From contig NW_026943824.1 in assembly GCF_035594765.1 (NCBI RefSeq), positions 9,123,451-9,187,450 on the forward strand: a stretch of DNA of 64,000 nucleotides, read 5' to 3'. Source of the DNA: Anolis carolinensis (taxonomy: Eukaryota). Under the pieces are notes generated by a model, which saw only the letters and a program-made list of their open reading frames with translations, made no database searches and was not told the origin of the DNA. The position numbers and the translations under genes are program-made. Of the stretch, positions 40,901-51,432 are shown piece by piece (positions within the stretch are counted from its first letter, which is position 1; every line of letters begins with the position of its first letter).

Positions 40901-43900
40901 ATGGGAAGTGTGGACCTGCTTCTGGCCAACAAGATAGTCAAATTAATTAGGATTATTGTTGTTGTGTGCCTTCAAGTCATTTCAGATTTTGGGCAAGCCT
41001 AAGTCAAAAATTTATTTATTTATTATTTATTTATTTACTACATTTATATCCTGTTCTTCTCACCCCGAAGGGGACTCAGAGCGGCTTACAATTTATATCT
41101 ATATACAATATATTATATTATTAGCACAGAACAATATTAGCATTATATATTACTATATTGAATTATACCACTATATTGTAATATTATTAGTAATATTACA
41201 TGTAATATATAATATATAATTAATATTATATGGTATTATTAGTATTACATTGTATTACATTATAATATTTCTATCAATATTATATGTATATACAACATTA
41301 TATTATTAAAACTGATATAAAAATATTATATTATAAAACTGAGGGCAGGGGCCAGGTAAATGACCTTGGAGGGCCGCATCCGGCCCCCGGGCCTTAGTTT
41401 GGGGACCCCTGCAGTAGCCAATAGGAATGTTGGCTCCTGGCTGGCTCAGCCAATCAGCTGCCAACACATGCCTTTCCAGTCAACTCATTTACATCATGGT
41501 GTCTTTTTTACAAATTCCCACAGGCTTTATATAGACATCCTGTGGGCCACTGTGTAAATAGAATGCTTAGATGAAACTTCCAACTAATCCAGCAACGTTT
41601 TTATATTTTTAAGAGCAAGGTCAGCTCTAAATATCTGGCTACCAAAACCAAAGGACATTTCAGCTGCAAAAGAACTGAATCCTTTTGTGGTCAGGGTGAC
41701 ATACTTCTTTGCATTTGAGAGTGGTGGACTACCACATTTTATAGGGAACAAGGCAGGTTACGGAGCAGATACAGTTCTGCCCTTCCACCACTGCCTCCTG
41801 GCCTTTACTTTCCTTTGGCATTAAAATGGGATTATCATAAGAATGATCCTGAAGAGCATATGCCCTCAAGGAGGAGAACTAGACAATACTCAAGATGGCT
41901 TAAAGTTTCATTTACCATCTAGGTATAATTGTACTCATATGTCTATAGCTATACTCCTGAACCTTTGCGGACCCATCGGACAAAATCCATACCTTGTTAT
42001 GCTGAAACATGACCTAAATTTAAGATCCATTAAATAAATTGAAACATTCTAAGAAAACACCTGTCTTGCTGAGATCTTCCCTGCATCAACAGAAGGAATT
42101 CAGGACTAGCACTACTGTGCTGAATATGAGATGAGACTCTTGTACCTTTAATAGTTAGTAGAAGACACACTATAAAGTTCCGTCAAGTGGAACTACAGCA
42201 TGCCTGTCCTTTAACCCACCAAACTCCACATTTTAGCTGATTCAGCTCCAGCAGGAATGGCAATGTACTGACTGGTAGAAAGCAGGGGAGGAGGGCCGGG
42301 AGGGTATTCAAAACTATTCCTGTATCGACACACAACACCTTCAATCTCTTATTTTTTGAGGAACGGGACACCTTGGTACTGCCCACAGACTAAACGATAT
42401 ATTAGAATGGTCATCTTACATTGAGGATAGTTGTTGATTCTACTTGAGGCAGATTATGAACAAAGACACAGGATCCCAAAACCCACGGGTCAAAAAGAGC
42501 GCCCAGGCAGCTCAACACCCAGCCTGTGTCTGCCGTGCACCACATGATGTCCAAAGGCGAAAAGTCCAGCCAGTATCTGATAAACAGTGGAAAGAAAACC
42601 AAGAGGCACCTTTATTATTAAACAAAGACTCACCCAATAGTTATATCCTTTGGCAACAAGTTTGAAGATTCATACCCAGTGTCCTACAATTAGAATTCAG
42701 TTGCTACATATTGTTATAATTGGTCAGATTATTACATGATGAGACATGTTCAAGGTGATTGCCATAGCTAGTCAGCAGATATAGTTGGATACTGGAATTC
42801 CACTTATGTCCATTACAGGCAGTGATATTCTCCATAAGACTTTTTGATGTGTCTTTAGACTGAATTTATAATAATAATAATAATAATTGTCAGGACCATA
42901 ATTTCTGGGCCTGTACTCTGGCACCAGAAATCAAGGACGCTTACACAAAGAACTGATAAGGCACCTGCGGCTCCCGGCTCTGAAGGGAAACGGCTGATGT
43001 GCGAGCGGGAAGAATTGCGCGGGGGTTTTCTCTAGGCGGGAATGACTTCTTTGAATGTGGGGGGAGTGTATATAAGGGAGTCTTACTGGGCCGACCATCA
43101 ATCTCGGCTTTATGTGTGTCAAAGTGTTCTTCAGTAAAGTTTTCAGTGACAACAGAGCAAGCCTCTTGTGTTCATTTGGAAGCGGCTGGAGTGAGCTGAC
43201 ATCAAAGCCGAGATTGCAGGCACTGTCCCGTGGCAGCGGTGAGGTGTGATGGAGACGGAGGGAGACGAGCTCCTGGGCGCAGGAGGGGGTCCGTCGGGAC
43301 GAGACACTCCCGACGAGCCGGATGCCGAATTCCACCGACTGGCAGCCCTGGCGTCCTCCACGGCTTATGCCCAGCCGAACGGAGTGACCCAAAGGCGAGG
43401 AGGAGCGCAGAGAGACAGCACCGAAGGAGAGGGCGAGCTACACTTCCCATCCCCACAAAAGATGGTGTTCCTGGAGGAGAGGATGACGGCAATGGAGACC
43501 ACCCTGGCAATAATGTCAAGGGCAATGGAACGCCTAGCACCTTTGGCGGAGCTGGGAAAAGGAAGGGAACCTCGGACTGGCTCAATGTGGGACTTGAGCA
43601 TGGGAAGTAGCCAGAGCTTCGCAGATCTCCCAGCACCGAAGGGAAGGGGAATGCGAAGAGAGCTCGGCGCCCGACCCAAGACCTTAGCAAGCCTGGCACG
43701 GGTGGAGGAAAGCGACAACGAGGAGGAAAGGCCTCCAAGGTCCCCAGCTACCTTCCAGCCAGAACTCCTGGTGCCCCTAGCGAACGCCGGGCGTGGCACA
43801 GGGCAACGGGAGGCAACAGCGGGGCCCCCGGGAACTCGAGGGAGCTTGCGACGGGCGGAACGTTGGGAGCAGCCGCCACAAGATATCCAGCAAAGACGAG

Positions 43901-46900
43901 AGGATCTGAGAATGGAGTATGGAGGAGAATCCTCCGAGCTAGACTTTTTCCTCACTACTGTAAAAGGTTACATGGAAGATAATGGCCACACGTTCCGGAC
44001 GGAGTCCAGCAGGGTTCGGGCAATCGGGGCAGTCCTGAGAAGGGGAGCGGCCAGCTGGTATGTACAACTGCATGCCAGACACGACCCATGCCTGGGGTCG
44101 GTAAGGCGCTTCCTAGCAGCACTGGAGGACCGCTTCCGAGACCCGCTTGAGCGAATCCAGGCGAGGGAGAAACTGAAAGCCATCTACCAGGGGCAGAGGT
44201 CAGTTTCCCAATACGCTGAGGAGTTCCAATGCCTAGCCGAGAGAATTCCGGAGTGGTCAGAGGTAACCAAACTGGAAATATTCAAAGAGGGACTACGGCG
44301 AGAGATCCTTGCATGGGCAGCGCATCGGGATGATCCGGAGACGCTGAGAGGCTGGATCCAGTTAGCAGGCCGTGTCGAAACCACATTGGCCCAAGTGAAG
44401 AGGCACCGGGGGGGACAACAGCAGCTTCCGAGGCCGAAGGAGGTAGCAAGGAAGCCGGAGCAACCCCCAACCAGGAGACAGACCGAGGCGAAGGGAACCA
44501 GCGGAGGAGCGAGAAGGGAGTGCTTTGTGTGCGGGCGTGTGGGACACAGAGCCGCGGAGTGCTGGCAGAGGAAAGGAGGAGGGGGCAATCAGCCCAAACA
44601 GCAGGCAGCAACAGGAAAGCGTGCTGAAGAAGAATCGTCAACAAAGGGCCCTTCGGAGGGATTGGTGAGTGACGACCAAAGGATGCTGGTGGTGAAAATC
44701 AGGCTAGAAGGCAGTGGGAAATGGGCCACTTGCAAAGCGTTTATAGACTGTGGGTGCTCCAGGAACATTATTTCACCAGAGCTAGCCAATGGATTAGGGT
44801 GGGAAAGATCCCAACTAGATGTTCCCGTAGCCTTCTCTCAGCTGGACGGTTCGATAGCCTCAGGCTCTATAGCCAAATATAGCCTTGAGAACGTAAGATG
44901 CAGAATAGGGCCTTGGGAAGGAGAGATATCATTTGTAGTGTCCCAGGTGGCAACATACAACGTGATTTTGGGAATACCTTGGCTCGAGCAGGCTAACCCA
45001 CAAATTGATTGGAAGACAAGGAGCCTACACTTCCAGGGAGCAGAGGCAGAGGACCAGGGGAGTAGGATAGAAATAGCGAGTCGAGGGGAGGACGAAGATG
45101 ATAGAATAGCAAAGTTGGCAAGCGAATTGCCTCCGGAATACCGGGACTATGTTGATGTATTTGATGAGAAGGAGGCAGATAAGTTTCCACCAAAAAGAAG
45201 GGTGGAAGTTGAAATTCAATTAATACCTGGGGCAGAGCTCCCAAAAGCAAAGATTTATCCCATGTCGGCTCAGGAGAAGGAGGAGCTAAAAAGATATATC
45301 AACAAGAACTTAGAAAGGGGTTTTATAGAAAGATCAAATTCCCCTTTGGGAGCACCTGTTCTATTCCGGCGGAAAAAGGATAATTCCCTAAGACTATGCA
45401 TTGACTACAGACGTCTGAACGCTATCAGCACCGTGAATAAATACCCTCTGCCCCTTATGAAAGACCTTATTGCATAGTTGTCTGAAGGGAAAATATTTAC
45501 AAAATTAGATCTTGCAGAAGCATATCATAAAATCAGGATAAAGCCAGAGGACAGATGGAAGACTGCGTTTTCATGCGCCTATGGACTATATAATTATTGT
45601 GTTCTCCCATTTGGTTTAAGCGGGGGGGGGGGGGGAGAGGCTTTCATGCAATTGATTAATGAAGTGCTTCATCCACTGCTGTACAGGGGTGTTTATGTAT
45701 TTCTTGATGATATACTTATTTTGGGTCAGACTAAGAGCCAACATGTGAAATTGGTCAGGGAGGTGCTCCAGAGGTTAAGAGAAGCAAAATTGTATGCAAA
45801 ACTGTCTAAATGTGATTTCAACAAGGAACAGATAGATTTCTTGGGATACAGGATTTCCTCTCAAGGAATAGCGATGGACCCAGCTAAAGTGGAGGACGTG
45901 AAGGGGTGGGAAGCACCCAAGACTAGGAAACAGCTACAGTCATTCCTGGGGTTCGCAAACTTTTACTGAGCTTTTATTGAAGACTTCGCACAAATCACAC
46001 TGCCCCTCTGTTAAAGACAAAAGGGAGGGGGGAGACGGCTAAGGTTAAATCCCCAGGGGCCAAACTGAATTGGACGGGGGAGTGCCAGCAAGCCTTTGAA
46101 GCATTAAAAAGGAGGTTCACTGAGGAACCCATTTTGCAGCACCCAAACACATCCAAGCCTTTTGTGGTGCATTGTGACGCATCGGATTGTGCTTATGGGG
46201 CGGTGTTGTTGCAGAAGGACGAGAAAGGGAACCTTAGACCCTGTAGCTATTTATCCAAAAAGTTCAGCGAAGCGGAGAAACGCTGGCCAATTTGGGAAAG
46301 GGAAGCACTTGCAATATTGAAAGCATTAGAGAATTGGAGGCATTTTCTGGAGGGAAGTGGGATCCCCTTTGAAGTATGGACAGATCATAAGAATTTACAG
46401 TATATACGGTCCCCTCGAAAGCTTTTGGCCAAGCAGATAAGGTGGGCACAGTATTTCAGCCGTTTCAACTTCAGACTGAAGTTCTTCCAGGGAAAACATA
46501 ATGTGTTGGCTGATGCCTTATCCCGGATGCCTCAGCACGGTGTAAACACCCGAGAATCTGAGGGAAGCGTCTTCTCAGACGAGCAATGGGGCCTCGCTGC
46601 GTTGACTCGTGCGCAAACAAAGAAGGGAGAAAATCTTGTAGCAGTCACCACAGTAGGGAAGGTATGGGAGGAGGAGCTGAAACAAGCGTACGAGGGAGAT
46701 GGCTGGCTACAATCCCATAAAGAGCAAGGGGAAACGAGTGAAGGATTGTTATTTGTGAATAAAAAGCTGTATATTCCAGAGAAATTGCGGCCAGAGATGC
46801 TGAAAAGGTGCCACGATAGCAAGGGGGCAGGACATATGGGACCAACCAAAACAATAAAGCTTTTGGCAAGGCAGTGTTGGTGGCCGGGGATGAGGAAGGA

Positions 46901-48197
46901 TGTTAAATCGTATATTACTCGATGTGAATTATGTGCCGAATGTAAAACGCCACCAGGGAAACCACAGGGTCTTTTGCAAAGTGTAGTAGAACCCACAAGG
47001 CCTTGGGAGTGCGTGGCTATGGATTTTGTGGGCAAATTGCCTCCCAGCAAAGGCTACAGGTATATATGGACTGTCCTGGACCTGTTCTCTAAACAGGTTC
47101 ATTTTGTGGCTCTACAAAAGCTCCCATCCGCTGAGAAATTGGCAGAATTGTATGTCCGACATGTTTATAGATTGCATGGGTGCCCTGAGAGGGTGATTAG
47201 TGAGATGAAGGTTTTGGGAGAAGTTCCTAAGCTTGTTAGGGGCGGAAAGGAACCTGTCCTCGGCATTTCACCCGATGACTAATGGAGGAGTCGAATGTAC
47301 ACAGCAGACATTGAGTCAATTCCTACGAATATATCCCAATCATAGACAAAACGATTGGTCGGAACTGCTTCCATTTGCAGAGGTAGCTTTTAACGGAGCG
47401 GTGCACTCTGCAACAGGCCGCTCACGGTTCCAGGTAGTATACGGACAGGAGGTAGCACCCTTCCCCAAGCTGCCAGAATGGAAGGGAGAAGGGGGGCCAG
47501 ATGGAGAGGAATGGTCAGAAAACATCAGGGCAGGGTGGAGAGATGTGGTAGCAGCACTAAAAGAAACACAAAAGAGATATAAATTGTTCGCAGACAGGAA
47601 ACGTAGAGAAGGGGAAAAGCTAGCAGAAGGAGACTTAGTTTGGCTAAGTACTAAGAATCTCAGATTAGGATTTCCATCAAAAAAAATTAGCGCCGCGATA
47701 CATAGGGCCATTCAGAATTTCTAAGGCGATCAATGAGGTCACCTATCAGTTAAAATTACCGAAGGATTTAGGGAAAGTGTTTCACTGTAGCCTATTGAAA
47801 AAATACAAAGGTACTTTGGATGAAGGGGAACTGTAGTTGATTTGATGTTTTCTCCACAGGAAGAAGAGGAGGAGGAAATCATGTCAGGACCATAATTTCT
47901 GGGCCTGTACTCTGGCACCAGAAATCAAGGACGCTTACACAAAGAACTGATAAGGCACCTGCGGCTCCCGGCTCTGAAGGGAAACGGCTGATGTGTGAGC
48001 GGGAAGAATTGCGCGGGGGTTTTCTCTAGGCGGGAATGACTTCTTTGAATGTGGGGGGAGTGTATATAAGGGAGTCTTGCTGGGCCGACCATCAATCTCG
48101 GCTTTATGTGTGTCAAAGTGTTCTTCAGTAAAGTTTTCAGTGACAACAGAGCAAGCCTCTTGTGTTCATTTGGAAGCGGCTGGAGTGAGCTGACAAA

Positions 48198-48233
<36 letters not shown>

Positions 48234-49109
48234 CAAGAAAACCGCACTACAAACTAGAGTTGAGAGCTGGCACAACAAAACATTGCATGGAAAGTTCCTT
48301 GACAAAATTGAAGGAAAAGCTGATAAGGAGAAAACCTGGCTATGGCTCACGAATGGGACCCTGAAGAAGGAGACAGAAGGCCTGATCCTTGCAGCCCAGG
48401 AGCAAGCCATCAGAACAAAGGCAATTCAGGCCTAGATCGAAAAATCAGCTGATGACCCAAAATGCAGACTGTGCAAAGAAGCTGACGAAACCATAGATCG
48501 TATCCTCAGCTGCTGTAAGAAAATTGCACAGACAGACTACAAACAGAGGCACAACTTTGTGGCTCAAATGATTCATTGGAACTTATGCCTCAAGTACCAC
48601 CTCCCAGCAGTAAAGAACTGTTGGGATCACAAACCTGCAAAAGTATTGGAAAATGAGCACGCAAAGATACTGTGGGACTTCCGAATCCAGACTGAAAAAG
48701 TTCTGGAATACAACACACCAGACATCACAGTTGTGGAAAAGAAAAAGGTTTGGATCATTTATCTTGCCATCCCAGGTGACAGCCGCATTGATGAAAAACA
48801 ACAGGAAAAACTCAGTCGCTATCAGGACTCTGGCAGAAACCAGTGCAGGTGGTCCTGGTGGTGATTGGCACATTGGGTGCCGTGCCAAAAGATCTTAGAT
48901 GGCATTTGGAAACAATAGGCATTGACAAAATTATGATCTCACAACTGCAAAAGGCCACCCGACTGGGATCTGCGCACATCATCCGAAAATACATCACACA
49001 GTCCTAGACACTTGGGAAGTGTTCGACTTGTGATTTTGTGAAACGAAATTCAGCATATCTGTCTTGTTTGCTGTGTCATAATAATAATAATAATACTAAT
49101 AATATTAAT

Positions 49110-49158
<49 letters not shown>

Positions 49159-51432
49159 TAAGAATTTTCTGAAATGGCGACACATGTTATCTGGTTTTCA
49201 CAGAACTGTTTCGGTACCTTGGGTTGATGATGGGTCTCAGTCCCATACTCCCCTGAGAAAGTTCCGTCATCTTAGGAGAACCGGTAGTCCCACTGGTGAA
49301 GTATATTATCATTGGATCTTGAACCTTTGTTTGTACATTAGTGAAGTCAGCAGGCGCCTCTCTGTGTGGGAAAGAACATTACGAGGGTTAGGATAGAATC
49401 ACAGCATCATTGGGTTTGAAGAAACTGCAAGGGCCATCCAACCAACCCTTTGCCATGCAGGAAGACACCATCAAAAGCACTCCTGACAGATGGCCATCCA
49501 GACACATCTACTCACTTGAGCAGTTCATTGAAGCCCAGCCAACCTTCTCTTTGGCCCCCAGATGTGACCACCAGTTTGGTTTTCAGGTCGTGATTATCAG
49601 CTGTTACGGAATCCACCACAGGAGCCAACACATCCGTGGTGATTATACATTTGGCCTTGGACATCCGGAGTCTGTATTGGATGTCTTTTGCCGTTAATTG
49701 GGTTGTACCAGGCATAACGGTGATTCCTACAAGAGCAATGACAATATTTGTGCGTTTAGTGCTGATGCACCATTACCCCATGGAGATCTAGTCAGTCATT
49801 TATTGTTGATCATTGCTTTCTTTAAGCTGCAGTGGCACAACTCTTGTGCTGGCTGAACTGCTGACCTGAAGGTTGGCGGTTCGAATCCATGAGACGGGGT
49901 GAGCTCCCATCTGTCAGCCCTAGCTTCCCATGCGGACATGAAAGAAGCCTCCCTGGGTAACGTCTTTGAAAACAACCAATTCTCTCGCACTAGAACCTAC
50001 CTATTTCAATTTGCTTCTGATATGATAAAAATATTGCTTTCTTTAGGTTCTTAAATAAATGAAGAGCCTGACCAATCATTTTCATAGTTTCAGCTCAAAT
50101 TTTAGAAATTTTATTTCCTTTTTTTTTTTTTTTGGGACTATGACACCCAGAATCAAAACTCTGGAAATTGTTCTCAAGAGCCACTTTGACTAAAGCACTT
50201 TCTTAGTCCAATTATCATCTAATATTCACAATATTAGTATTAACCTGTTCTTATGCAAGCCACGGTCACCAACCACCATTCAGGGATCCGGGGCAGAATG
50301 GCCAGAATCCTGTCTCCCTTCCGTAGGCCACATCGGTCGGAGAGCACATTGGCCACTTTCCTGGACAAGACCCCCAGCTCCTCAAAGCTCCACCTCACTT
50401 CGCCTCCTCTCCCATTTATCCACCATAGGGCTGGGTTGGAAGGTCTCTTCCCATCCTAAAAAAATGAGAAAGAAAGAGGCATCGGAAAGCATGCTTTCAT
50501 TGTGTTTAGAGCTAGTACAGAGTTCATGCCATTACCCTCTTCCAATTAAATTTATATCTCAGGGCCCATTTACACATCTAGATGTTGACTTTGGATGCTG
50601 TGTCTTAAAATTGGAATGTATTTGAATTATGTTTTTATGTCTGTATAAATTTTAATATAATTTTATGTCATGCTTATGTTTTATGTCCAAGGCACTACAC
50701 TAGTGCCGTTATAAGTCACCTCAAGGTAGAGAAAAGCAGGATATAAATATGATAAATAAATAATAATAAATAACGCATCTTTATCCTACAATTTAAAAAA
50801 GGTGCACAATGCCTCAAGCTTCCCTGAAGCTCCAGAGCTCACCTGTGTTTTGGGGCTGCGGTGGCACAATGGGTTAAAACTTTGTGTTGCTGAACTGCTG
50901 ATCAGTTGGCAGTTGGAATCTGCGGGATGGGGTGAGCTCCCACTGTTAGCCCTATCTCCTGCCAATTTATCAGTTCAAAAACAAATGTGAGTAAATCAAT
51001 AGGTACCACTTCGGCGGGGAAAGCCAAAAAGTCCAAGCAGTCATGCCGGCCACATGACCAGGAGGTGCCTATGGACAATGCAGGCTCCTCATCTTGGAAA
51101 TGGATAAGAGCACATCTACAGAGCTAAAGATCTGGACCTATGTGTATGTTGGCTATCACTGCTCATTCCTTTCAAAAGGAAAGAGAAGATCATATGTTTG
51201 GTTTGTTTAGAAATCAGGAAAATAACTTCACCTTTTCAAGTTGGGACCATTTATCCAGCACATCATTTGCAAAGTTAAAATATTCAGGGATGGGCTGCTT
51301 TCCTTGGCTGACGGCTTCATATTGTGCAAAAATGGGAGAGCTCAGAAACCTGGGATGTCCGTGAAAGGGCTGGTGTGGCCCTCGAAGTATCCAGCAGAAC
51401 TTGAAAAGGCGAGACTTCGCTAATGTCTTCAT
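33784..51432 (-). CDS. ACSM-family acyl-CoA synthetase paralog C (ACSM4/ACSM2-like), 581 aa, intact
   Basis: Exons 51432-51232, 50455-50245, 49726-49516, 49361-49218, 42576-42420, 39685-39606, 39217-39094, 38227-38147, 36681-36580, 36278-36151, 35475-35376, 34628-34509, 33870-33784 total 1746 nt in frame. Basic mitochondrial-presequence-like N-terminus. Motifs [25 protein letters not shown]. Confidence 0.92.
35076..35133. repeat. (CATA)n microsatellite
   Basis: Direct reading. (AAT)n tracts also at about 15615-15660, 28857-28906, 30869-30942, 36898-36961 and 49080-49158. Confidence 0.9.
36805..36898 (+). mobile_element. Very short R4-like 3' end with a different 3' UTR (second subfamily)
   Basis: CACACAGTCCTAGACACTTGGGAAGTGT is shared with the other R4 copies, then diverges. 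Embedded in (TAA)n. Confidence 0.6.
36969..37441 (+). mobile_element. Non-autonomous Helitron
   Basis: A|TC 5' end, subterminal hairpin GCCACAGCAATGTGTGGC, CTAG|T 3' end, no TSD. Confidence 0.85.
37463..37900 (+). mobile_element. R4/Dong 3' fragment
   Basis: ORF 37531-37827 is the same C-terminal domain, followed by (TAA)n(TGA)n. Confidence 0.85.
39971..40440 (+). mobile_element. tRNA-derived SINE with L2-like 3' tail (Anolis SINE2-type)
   Basis: Box A TGGCGCAGCTGG, box B GAGTTCGAAGCC, tail CTGAGTCCCCTTCGGGGTGAGAAGGG plus (TAAA)n resembling the L2 3' end. Confidence 0.8.
40684..41411. mobile_element. Non-autonomous hAT transposon
   Basis: Same TIRs; 8-bp TSD CAGTAGCC at 40676-40683 and 41412-41419. 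Confidence 0.9.
42888..43201 (+). repeat. 5' LTR
   Basis: TG...CA ends with 6-bp inverted termini, TATATAA at 43069-43075, AGTAAA polyA-like signal at 43133-43138. Confidence 0.95.
43246..47836 (+). pseudogene. Gypsy gag-pol polyprotein (gag and protease intact; RT/RNase H/integrase disrupted)
   Basis: Capsid segment ([13 protein letters not shown]...FKEGL), zinc knuckle [14 protein letters not shown], protease [19 protein letters not shown] and FLDD, RNase H DASD, integrase HHCC, AMDF and GPF. Stops at 45475 and 45967; indels near 46009, 47204 and 47680. Confidence 0.93.
47882..48195 (+). repeat. 3' LTR
   Basis: Direct repeat of 42888-43201 with two substitutions, preceded by the polypurine tract. 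Confidence 0.95.
48196..49080 (+). mobile_element. 5'-truncated R4/Dong-clade non-LTR retrotransposon (restriction-like endonuclease C-terminus)
   Basis: [17 protein letters not shown], zinc finger CRLC..., [12 protein letters not shown]...PDI...EK. Contains a stop and a frameshift. (TAA)n 3' flank. Confidence 0.88.

Larger units (their letters stand above)
42888..48195 (+). mobile_element. Full-length Ty3/Gypsy LTR retrotransposon (Tf1/sushi-like), defective pol, in coding intron 4 of ACSM paralog C, antisense to host
   Basis: 314-bp LTRs at 42888-43201 and 47882-48195 (TGTCAG...CTGACA, 2 mismatches). Gag-PR-RT-RH-IN order. Polypurine tract 47858-47878. Confidence 0.97.

Noticed and set aside
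42931-44789. Antisense ORFs over the LTR and gag (153-196 aa)
   Set aside because: Shadow frames of GC-rich coding or LTR sequence with no recognisable motifs.
45475-45477. Programmed stop-codon readthrough in gag-pol
   Set aside because: The TAG lies within RT (probably CAG to TAG), not at the gag/pol border, and other lesions follow.
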